Virus record (IMG/VR): IMGVR_UViG_3300032309_002614
Coordinates: 25,836 to 89,835 of that record
Length of the DNA: 64,000 nucleotides
Reading direction: 5' to 3' (one strand)
Origin: a virus
Lineage: Duplodnaviria > Caudoviricetes
Part shown: positions 47,363-54,921 of the stretch, piece after piece
Layout: each line of letters begins with the position of its first letter
Position numbering within the stretch: the stretch's first letter is position 1
Notes under the pieces: generated by a model
Seen by the model: only the letters and a program-made list of their open reading frames with translations
Databases searched by the model: none
What the model was told of the DNA's origin: nothing
Position numbers and translations under genes: made by a program

Positions 47363-47437
47363 GCCGGAGTAGCTCAATAGTAGAGCAATACTTTTGTAAA
47401 GTAAAGGTTGCAGGTGCAAATCCTGTCTTCGGCTCCA
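47363..47437 (+). tRNA. tRNA-Thr(UGU)
   Basis: GCCGGAG/CTTCGGC, loop TTTGTAA, GCAGG-TGCAAAT-CCTGT, CCA. Confidence 0.9.
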
Positions 47438-47443
47438 ATTTTT

Positions 47444-47908
47444 ATGAAAAGAAGTTTGTATAAAGATGAAATCTTCAGGTTGAGATCTGAAGGTAAAACA
47501 GGAAATGAAATTTCTAAGCTTCTCAAATGTTCAAGAACATTAGTTTCTTATTACATAGATCTAGGTTATCAAAAAAAACATCAAAATCGATCTAAGACTT
47601 TTAAAAAGACTAATAGATTTGCAAAGAAAGAAGAGATAAGAAACAAGTTTGGCGGCAAATGTCAAATTTGTTCTTATGACAAGTGTCAAAGTGTACTGAG
47701 TTTTCATCATCTTCCCGGTACAGATAAAAAGTTTACTATTTCAGATGCGATAGTAAGAAAAAGAAAATCAGATGAAGAATTAGTGAATGAGTTGAAAAAA
47801 TGTATTTTGGTTTGTGCGAATTGTCACGGTGAGATTCATGCGGGGATCACAGAAATTCCAGAAGGTATCAAGAATCCCTTGACAATCAGTGAAAGTATGG
47901 TAAATTGA
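47444..47908 (+). mobile_element. HTH plus HNH homing endonuclease
   Basis: G.TG.EISK.L.CSRTLVSYY; CQIC...L.FHH; KCILVCANCH.EIH. Confidence 0.85.
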
Positions 47909-47995
47909 TCGTGTTCTTTGGATGCAGCAGGTAGTTGAAGATAGTTTGAAGTTTCTGCTAAGTCCGCTTGACAATCGGTGAAAGTGTGATAGATT
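47879..47995 (+). promoter_or_regulatory. Tandem near-duplicate sigma70 promoters for the stable-RNA cluster
   Basis: TTGACAATCAGTGAAAGTATGGTAAATT (47879) and TTGACAATCGGTGAAAGTGTGATAGATT (47968), each followed by GTTCTTT. Confidence 0.8.
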
Positions 47996-48012
47996 GTCAA
48001 TGTTCTTTAAAT

Positions 48013-48086
48013 GGGATTGAAGCTTTAAAGTGAAGCAATAAACTTTTAATTTATTGAAGAGGGAGCGTTACCCTCCAGTCCTACCA
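48013..48086 (+). tRNA. tRNA-Lys(UUU), atypical D/T loops
   Basis: GGGATTG/CAGTCCT, ATAAA-CTTTTAA-TTTAT, GAGGG-AGCGTTA-CCCTC, CCA. Confidence 0.88.
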
Positions 48087-48108
48087 TTTTTTTTGTTCTT
48101 TATAAGCT

Positions 48109-48333
48109 TTGAGCGGTTGATGATTTATATCTAATGTGTGTTAGATATATTTGAGGAATTATTCCTTCCCGCTCAATTAATTTGAGTAAAGAAGTAGATT
48201 TTATCTTAGAGTGATATAAGATAAATTTCGAAGTAATTGGAATTACACTTTACTCTATTTTTAAGTAAGATAGTAGAAGTTATTATGAATCGCATAATAT
48301 CTTTGAAGGTAATTGGTATTACAATCTTACTTA
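48109..48333 (+). ncRNA. Three tandem ~70-nt three-way-junction RNA units of unknown family
   Basis: Units 48109-48176, 48184-48255, 48262-48333, each with a closing stem and two internal hairpins. Confidence 0.7.
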
Positions 48334-48367
48334 GTTCTTTTAAAATTTAATATGTAGTAGTTTCTGT

Positions 48368-48875
48368 GAGTCATTAGCTCAAGGGTAGAGCAAAAAACTT
48401 AGCGTATACAGCAATGTATACTGGGTCCATATAGTAGAAATATTATATGCGTATGGTGTAAATTCGGTGAACGGCTCGATTTAATAAGTCAACCCAACGC
48501 CGAGCGAAGTTTTAGGCAAACGCTAGAGAAATAATAGAAGAAAGGATTGTGGGTAAATAGGTGCAATAGTGACCTACCATGATTGCTAGGCTACCCGTCT
48601 AGCCACTTAATTGTGATAAATTCTATAGCCTCATAATAAAAAACGTGTAGAGACTATAATCACCTATCTAAATTTGTGTGTAAAGGGTAGTCTCAACTAT
48701 CGGAATAAAATACAAATATGATAAAGGCATAGTCCAGACCACAAACAATGAAATCAGTTGTATATGGTGGTCCTTTAGGCCATTTAAATTATAACTCGTC
48801 AAAAGACCGTTGGTAGTGAAAACTATAGTGGTAAGCATAATTTTTCGGTTATTCGTTCGAATCGAATATGACTCA
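48368..48875 (+). tRNA. tRNA(CAU) (elongator Met or Ile2) interrupted by a group I intron; exons 48368-48399 and 48836-48875
   Basis: GAGTCAT/ATGACTC, GCTC/GAGC D-stem, AAAAA-CT|CATAA-TTTTT, ATTCG-TTCGAAT-CGAAT. Confidence 0.88.
48400..48835 (+). mobile_element. ORF-less group I intron (436 nt)
   Basis: U33 5' splice site with P1 U-G pair, terminal G; P AAATTCGGTGAA(48460), Q AACGCCGAGCGAAG(48496), R GTGTAGAGACTA(48645), S AAAGGCATAGTCC(48723). Confidence 0.9.
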
Positions 48876-48899
48876 CAGAGACTATTATGTATTTTTTAT

Positions 48900-48971
48900 C
48901 GTAGGTGAAGCTGGTAGTCTAGCGCAGTGACTTATAATCGCTGAGTATCGGGGCAGAACCGACATCTACGA
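48900..48971 (+). tRNA. tRNA-Ile(UAU), unusual stem geometry, CCA not encoded
   Basis: CGTAGGTG/CATCTACG, CAGTGA-CTTATAA-TCGCTG, TCGG-GGCAGAA-CCGA. Confidence 0.75.
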
Positions 48972-48972
48972 C

Positions 48973-49047
48973 GGCCCATTCGACTACTGGCTAGGTCATC
49001 AGGTTTTCAACCTGAAGAAGAGAGATCGATACTCTCATGGGCTACCA
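48973..49047 (+). tRNA. tRNA-Glu(UUC)
   Basis: GGCCCAT/ATGGGCT, TCAGG-TTTTCAA-CCTGA, GAGAG-ATCGATA-CTCTC, CCA. Confidence 0.92.
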
Positions 49048-49059
49048 ATTTTTGTTCTT

Positions 49060-49722
49060 TTACAATTTTGAATTTATTATATTTACTATAATATCTAAGT
49101 ATTTTTGAGCTTTGTCAGGTTTGAAATAATTTAAACTAGATGTATCAATAATACATAATTCAATACTCTTCTCTAAGCAAGCTTGAAATTTACGCTGATC
49201 GTTGTTTTTGATTTGATCTAGTTTATTTAAACCATAAATTGGTTCGTAATGAAAAATGCCATTAAGCTCAAAAGCAAGCTTTAATATTGGAATATAAATA
49301 TCTAGTTCAGAGTTAATTGTGTCTTTACGATTAAAATGAAATTCTAAATTTGGATATTTATTTGGTAACGCTTGTTCAAAGTATATTTCCATTTTTGATC
49401 TTCTGCATCCATGAGTCTTATGGGTATTATTATAAGTGGCGGCACAAGAAGACGAACAAAAAGAGTTAGGATGTTTTTTTAATTGATTGCGTGTTTTTAA
49501 AAACGCTTTGTCACATTGTCTGCACGTTACTTCTTTTCTTTTATCTTTCGCTTTAACGCTGCAAGCATTGGAGCAAAAATGATTCTTATAAGAACGTAGT
49601 TTTAGATTAGATTTTATATATTTCTGCATTTTCTCAAAATTTTGTTGGCAATAGTCGCACTTAACAGGTATCATCTGAGTAGCTTTAAAAGATAACATTT
49701 GTTCTATTGAAATTAAAAGCAT
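49060..49722 (-). mobile_element. Zn-ribbon plus Vsr-like/PD-(D/E)xK homing endonuclease
   Basis: CDYC, FCSNAC, CRQC, FCSSSC; ELDIYIP.LKLAFELNGIFHY. Confidence 0.8.
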
Positions 49723-49775
49723 ATAATATAGTATACATGATAGAACTCGAAATGTGAAATTCTAAATTTTTCTCC

Positions 49776-49817
49776 TTGACTGGAGGCATGATCTATAGTA
49801 GATTATGTACGTTCTTT
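49776..49817 (+). promoter_or_regulatory. Sigma70 promoter plus boxA-like element before tRNA-Leu
   Basis: TTGACT-N17-TAGATT then GTTCTTTAAA. Confidence 0.7.
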
Positions 49818-49824
49818 AAATTTT

Positions 49825-49911
49825 GGCACCATGATGTAATTGCTAGCCATAGCAGACTTAAAATCTGCTGGTCGAAAGACCGTGAGGGTTGGAATCCCTC
49901 TGGTGCCACCA
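49825..49911 (+). tRNA. tRNA-Leu(UAA)
   Basis: GGCACCA/TGGTGCC, GCAGA-CTTAAAA-TCTGC, long variable arm, CCA. Confidence 0.93.
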
Positions 49912-49914
49912 CTT

Positions 49915-50245
49915 TTGCAGCAATGAGGGCAGTCGTCACTAAGACGTAGTTTGAGGTACTGGAAATAATCCGGTATATTAGACAACTGAGCGACCTGATC
50001 TGCGAATACATACAGTGCGCCCAAGTGATAATGTTTCTAGTCGCTTTACACTGTGAAAAAAATGGGTATTAATTTTGACCATTAGTGTATAGAATTATAG
50101 CACACTACGCAATAGGAGAGACTGAAGTTGGCGAGACAGACATTTGGAAAAAAAGTACATATATGTTCGAAAGTAAATGTATTGATTTTCCATAATATAT
50201 GGAACAATAGTGAAATCCTCGTATATTCGCAAGTCATGGTCATCC
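49915..50245 (+). ncRNA. Unassigned structured non-coding RNA candidate
   Basis: No sense ORF; long-range stem 49992-50013/50221-50241, pseudoknot, several hairpins. Confidence 0.6.
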
Positions 50246-50263
50246 AGTTCTTTAAATAATTTA

Positions 50264-50325
50264 TCTCATTAGAAGGACAAGGGGCTTCACGCCCCGTTCT
50301 TTAAAAAGACTTACTTCTAGTGGGA
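50264..50325 (+). ncRNA. Small structured RNA element
   Basis: 12-bp TCTCATTAGAAG/CTTCTAGTGGGA enclosing GGGGC-TTCAC-GCCCC. Confidence 0.5.
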
Positions 50326-50386
50326 TTTAATTTTTAAAACTATTGACAATACTATAATAGAGTATAAGATAGTTGTAGATTTTAAC

Positions 50387-50462
50387 GCCCCGATGGTGAA
50401 ATTGGATATCATTTTTCGCTTCTAACGAAAAGTTCCTGAATCGTCCTCAGGTCGGGGTGCCA
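50387..50462 (+). tRNA. tRNA-Arg(UCU)
   Basis: GCCCCGA/TCGGGGT, TTTCG-CTTCTAA-CGAAA, CCTGA-ATCGTCC-TCAGG, CCA; TTGACA promoter at 50343. Confidence 0.9.
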
Positions 50463-50469
50463 ATTTAAT

Positions 50470-50541
50470 TGTAGAGTATCATAACGGTAATGAAATTGCT
50501 TGTTAAGCAATAATATGAAAGTTCGATTCTTTCCTCTACAG
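50470..50541 (+). tRNA. tRNA-Asn(GUU), CCA not encoded
   Basis: TGTAGAG/CTCTACA, ATTGC-TTGTTAA-GCAAT, GAAAG-TTCGATT-CTTTC. Confidence 0.88.
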
Positions 50542-50548
50542 TTTTTAT

Positions 50549-51652
50549 TTATATTTGATAGTCTAAAATTTGTTTCGCTTCGAATTTAGCCCAATATCCT
50601 CTATCGGGCTTAATTATTTTATATTTTTTGCACCATTTAGCTATAGCTACGTCTGAAACTCCAAGTTTTTTAGATAACTGTACAGCCGACATACTCCAAA
50701 CAAGTTCATGCAGTTCAGATTTCGATGGGCGAGCAACTTTTCTTCTCTTAAATCTCATACAAGGCATACAAAGTTTAGCGATTTTAGTTTTTTGCTGGCC
50801 GCACTGACAAAAACTGTAGATTGGATCAATAATTTTTTTCTCTATTTTTTGTGGTTTTTCTTTTTGAATTGAAATTTTCTTTCTATCTTTTATACAGCTT
50901 TTACATTTTATGTTTTGATAGTGTTGAAATTCAATACCGCAGACTGCACAGTTTTTTTTGTTTTTTTCTAACTTGTTCTTTATATACTCCTCATAATTAA
51001 ACTCAATTTTATTCTCTACCGCTGAGATTTGATTTATTAAATTAAGTATATATTCTTCATTGAAACATAGCGAATAATGTATTTCATAAAGCTTATATCC
51101 AAGACATTGTATATAATCATGTCGATCTTGATAATACTTTTTTAATTTACCATCTCTTTCGTAATGTTGATTGCCATTTATTTCAAAACCAATCATTTTT
51201 TCTGGAAAAACGATATCAATTGAATAATTTCGGTCACAATTTGGGGTAAATTCTTCTATAAAATTAAAATTATTTTCGCGCAAAATCTTTTTAAAATTCT
51301 CGCACGGTTCAGATTTAAATTTATCTTTTGATTTCCAAGGGTGTTTATCAGGATTATCGCGCAAAAATTGCTTTCTTTTTTCTGATAAAAGTTTTTTTGT
51401 ATTTTCAGACAGCTTGTTCAAGCCTAAATCACGATAGCATTTTTGGCAATGATTATTGATATTCCTATCGTCTATTGAGATATTACAATTCTGACAATAT
51501 TTAGAAGGCTTTTTATGGCGACTCCATCTTGCTACAGAACTCGCTTTACAAGAACATTTTTGAGAACAATAATGATGTTTTGAAGTAGGTATTCGGTAAT
51601 TTTCTTTTAAAAATTCTTTACTACATAATGAGCAGTTAACTAAAGTTTTCAT
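50549..51652 (-). mobile_element. Zn-ribbon plus Vsr/DUF559-like nuclease plus C-terminal HTH (homing endonuclease-like)
   Basis: CSLC, YCSQKC, YSIDIVF....GFEINGNQHY, S...LSKKLGVSDVAIAKWC. Confidence 0.8.
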
Positions 51653-51719
51653 ACGATTCGAACCTACAATATATTATACACATAAAATAACAAATTGCAA
51701 GTTCGAATCTATATTTATC

Positions 51720-52613
51720 TTAATACATCTTAAATCCACTCAAGTCTACTTCATTAACTTTATATCCACTACTTAATGAAGATATTGTATTATTTACTTC
51801 ACTTATATAACTAGGAATATTTGTGCCTAAACCGGCCATAGCTCCAAGTGTCATATACCAGCCGCCGATCAATACAACTTCATTATTAATAATAGTAGAA
51901 ACAATATTGCCGCTATCTCCAACTATCAAAGGTTCAAAATATTGCGCTCTGTTAGAGTCTTTGGAAATATTTATTAATGTATTTGTTGACCCGTAAGTAG
52001 TATTGAGAAGACCATTTTCCCCTATTAATGCTTTTCTTTCTTGATCTGAATATAAAATAGGAAAATTAATCTCCTTATTAAGATATTTAAGATAATTGGT
52101 TGGTAATGCTTTGTATATCTTTAATGAAGCATCAGCTTCTCTATCAAGTTCACCAATTAATATATCGGTATTGGCGACTTGTTTTGTTTTAATAATCTTA
52201 TATTCGTAAGAATTATTATTTTTATCTACAAAATAAATAGTTGCTGGTAAAGATGGGTATGGAACATGATTAGCTAATAAAACATGTTTTTTAGTTATCA
52301 ATGTACCACCGCCCACCCCACCTAAACCCCAAATACCACATGAAGTGCCAGTCAAATCTAAATCTTTAGCCCAGCAATTAATATTTCTTGTCCATTTTAT
52401 AGGAGTCATAGTGAAGCTAGATATGAGATTTTTTTCTTTTCTATCCTTAATTAAATTATCGAAGTTAGAAGAGATATGAGAAAATAGATCTAATTTATTT
52501 GTGGTTATAGATTTTGGTTTGGGCGCATCATTTAAAGCTTCGTTCTTAGCTTCTGCGATTATTTTTTGGATTAAAATTGTGTGATCTGCGAGTAGTTGTT
52601 CTAGGGTTGTCAT
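51720..52613 (-). CDS. Trypsin-like serine protease
   Basis: GTLITKKHVLLANH (His), DILIG (Asp), GDSG (Ser); likely start ATG 52613. Confidence 0.8.
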   Translation of the reverse strand: MTTLEQLLADHTILIQKIIAEAKNEALNDAPKPKSITTNKLDLFSHISSNFDNLIKDRKEKNLISSFTMTPIKWTRNINCWAKDLDLTGTSCGIWGLGGVGGGTLITKKHVLLANHVPYPSLPATIYFVDKNNNSYEYKIIKTKQVANTDILIGELDREADASLKIYKALPTNYLKYLNKEINFPILYSDQERKALIGENGLLNTTYGSTNTLINISKDSNRAQYFEPLIVGDSGNIVSTIINNEVVLIGGWYMTLGAMAGLGTNIPSYISEVNNTISSLSSGYKVNEVDLSGFKMY

Positions 52614-52683
52614 ACATATTTTCTTACACCGAAAAATGCCGCTTGACAAGGGGAAATTTTTCTGCCATCATGTTCGCACGATT

Positions 52684-53061
52684 ATGAGTGATGCAAATTT
52701 TTTCGAATTAAAGGGTCAGATCGTTAAAGAAATAACTGGTTTAGAAAAAAACAGCCCAGAAGTGCATATTGTAACCAATCAAACAACTTATAAATTATAT
52801 CATCATCAAGATTGCTGCGAAAGCGTTTTAGTCGAAAATGTTATTGGAGACGAGAAAGATATTCTTAATGAAGAAATAATCTTTGCTGAAGAAGATGCTG
52901 GCGCAAATGCTCCTGATTGGTATACTGAATACGATAGACTTTACAGCCACACTTGGACTAAGTATGTTTTAAAAACTAAAAACGCCAGTTTAGAGTTTTG
53001 GTTTCTTGGAGAATCAAATGGTTATTATAGCGAAGATGTCACAATTAAAAAAATAATATGA
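52684..53061 (+). CDS. Hypothetical phage protein (HHQDCCESV)
   Basis: ATG 52684 after TTGACA; W.GESNGYYS. Confidence 0.75.
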   Translation: MSDANFFELKGQIVKEITGLEKNSPEVHIVTNQTTYKLYHHQDCCESVLVENVIGDEKDILNEEIIFAEEDAGANAPDWYTEYDRLYSHTWTKYVLKTKNASLEFWFLGESNGYYSEDVTIKKII

Positions 53062-53405
53062 AAATAGTAATTAATAAAAAATACGGCGGCTTTGGCCTTA
53101 GTGAAGAAGCTGTTCTATTATATGGTGATAAAAAAGGGCTTAACATCATAGCCCAACAAGATGAAAAAGTTAAAACCATTACTCATTATTATTTAGACGA
53201 AAAGAAAGATGGAAATCAATTCGCTGAGTGGGAGATTGAAAGGACTGACCCAATCCTCGTCGAAGTCGTCGAACAGCTTGGTGATTTAGCGAATGGACAT
53301 TATTCTAAATTGAAGGTTGTTGAAGTACCTGATGATGTTAAATGGTATATTCACGATTATGATGGGATTGAACAAGTCCATGAATTTCACCGTGTCTGGG
53401 AATAA
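53058..53405 (+). CDS. Hypothetical phage protein (MKIVIN..YGGFGLS)
   Basis: 115-aa coupled ORF. Confidence 0.75.
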   Translation: MKIVINKKYGGFGLSEEAVLLYGDKKGLNIIAQQDEKVKTITHYYLDEKKDGNQFAEWEIERTDPILVEVVEQLGDLANGHYSKLKVVEVPDDVKWYIHDYDGIEQVHEFHRVWE

Positions 53406-53407
53406 TT

Positions 53408-53971
53408 ATGAAAGAAATTAAGAAACTAAACGCAGAATTCAAAAAAGCAACCAAAGCTCAGAAAAGAGTAATGATTGCTCAAGATGTCCTTGCCCAACTC
53501 AAGGCTAAGAGGTATGTTGCTGAGTCTGGATGTTGGGTGCAAGCAAATTACAATCCTGCTGCTCCTCTGGCAGATATTAAATACACCGACTCTGTTCAAG
53601 AGTTATTCGCAGAAAAGAAAATCGAATCTTGCAATGTGTGCGCTCTTGGAGGACTCTTTATGAGTTGCACAAATTTCAATAATAATACCTTGCTTGAAGA
53701 TCTTGATGATCTTTCAGAAGATTTGGGAAATTTAATTGATGAAGAAGAGAACCTGTCTAACAAACTTAATAAAATATTCAGCACTAATCAACTAAAATTG
53801 ATCGAATCTTATTTTGAAGCAAATGACGGATACTTTCGAGATTATGACGAAGATGATCGCATAGAAGCATTTTATAATAAAAATTCATCTGACAAAAAGC
53901 GTCTCCAATTAATCATGGAGAATATTGTAGAAAATAATGGAACCTTTGTTCCTGAAAAGCTGAAGGTATGA
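53408..53971 (+). CDS. Hypothetical protein
   Basis: 187-aa ORF, CNVCALG. Confidence 0.75.
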   Translation: MKEIKKLNAEFKKATKAQKRVMIAQDVLAQLKAKRYVAESGCWVQANYNPAAPLADIKYTDSVQELFAEKKIESCNVCALGGLFMSCTNFNNNTLLEDLDDLSEDLGNLIDEEENLSNKLNKIFSTNQLKLIESYFEANDGYFRDYDEDDRIEAFYNKNSSDKKRLQLIMENIVENNGTFVPEKLKV

Positions 53972-54276
53972 ATAAAACACAAACCTCAAGAGGTTTCACT
54001 TATTATGAATTTACAGATGTTGGCGGCGACGTATGTACTATTCAGAAAAGCAGCAGCGCAACGCAAGATTGTATTTGGCTTGGTAGTAAAGAGATTGGCT
54101 TAAATGGATTTATTCCAAACGGCAATCCATCATGGCGAGATGTCTCTGAAGATCAAATCAAAGAAAAATTTGGTTTTCAAAATGTTATCGCCAACAATCG
54201 TATGCACCTGAGTCGAGATCAAGTCGCAGAAATCTTGCCGATTCTCCAAAAATTCGTTGACACTGGAGAGATTTAG
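53968..54276 (+). CDS. Hypothetical protein
   Basis: TSRGF...IQKSS.A...IWLG. Confidence 0.75.
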   Translation: MNKTQTSRGFTYYEFTDVGGDVCTIQKSSSATQDCIWLGSKEIGLNGFIPNGNPSWRDVSEDQIKEKFGFQNVIANNRMHLSRDQVAEILPILQKFVDTGEI

Positions 54277-54450
54277 AGCATACTGACCTCATGCTTTGTC
54301 TAAAGTTCAAAAAAGAAGCAAAACTAGAAGAGTGCGCCGTTCCTTGGAGCGGCGACACTATTTCTGTTTGTGATAAATGTAGAATGAGTATTTGGGATTT
54401 TGATTATGATGATTTTCATTCCCAAGAGAAGATAAGCGAATAAAAATAAT

Positions 54451-54693
54451 ATGACTGATAAGAGTATAATTTACCAAAAAATTAACCAACGCCAGTATAT
54501 TGTACGAGCCAATATAGATTTTCCTCAAAGAGATGTTGGTAGTTTAGTTATGGATGTGGATGGTTATTTTTATTTTTGGCCGGTAGATAACAATGGTGCT
54601 TGGTCATCATATCATCTAAGAGAAGTAGCAAACAAATTAGATGAAATTAATAAGGAGTGGCATCAACAAGTTGAAAAGGAATTTAGCAAATGA
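54451..54693 (+). CDS. Hypothetical protein
   Basis: 80-aa ORF. Confidence 0.7.
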   Translation: MTDKSIIYQKINQRQYIVRANIDFPQRDVGSLVMDVDGYFYFWPVDNNGAWSSYHLREVANKLDEINKEWHQQVEKEFSK

Positions 54694-54920
54694 AATACAG
54701 AAAAAAGCCTGTAGTTATCGAAGCAACGCAATGGTTCCAACATGGAGATCATCCAATGGTAGAACCTATTTCACTAGATTCAAAAAATGGATGGATTGTT
54801 ACATTAGAGGGAGGACATATTGTTTCTCCCGGTGATTATATTATCACTGGTGTCAAAGGAGAACATTATCCTTGCAAACCTGATATCTTTGAAGCCACTT
54901 ACGAAAAAGTAGAAGAATAA
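54690..54920 (+). CDS. PGDYG-like small phage protein
   Basis: [13 protein letters not shown]...TLEG...[20 protein letters not shown]. Confidence 0.75.
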   Translation: MKYRKKPVVIEATQWFQHGDHPMVEPISLDSKNGWIVTLEGGHIVSPGDYIITGVKGEHYPCKPDIFEATYEKVEE

Positions 54921-54921
54921 T

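Noticed and set aside
48109-48176. Hammerhead ribozyme call for unit 1 (UUGAUGA, three stems)
   Set aside because: Lacks C3, the GAAA and the A15.1-U16.1/UH site, and sister units have AGUAGA instead of CUGANGA.
49915-50245. tmRNA or RNase P RNA call
   Set aside because: No acceptor/T-arm domain or plausible tag peptide; no GAGGAAAGUCC or AGAACCCGGCUUA P4 signatures (only a loose GAGGGCAGTC).
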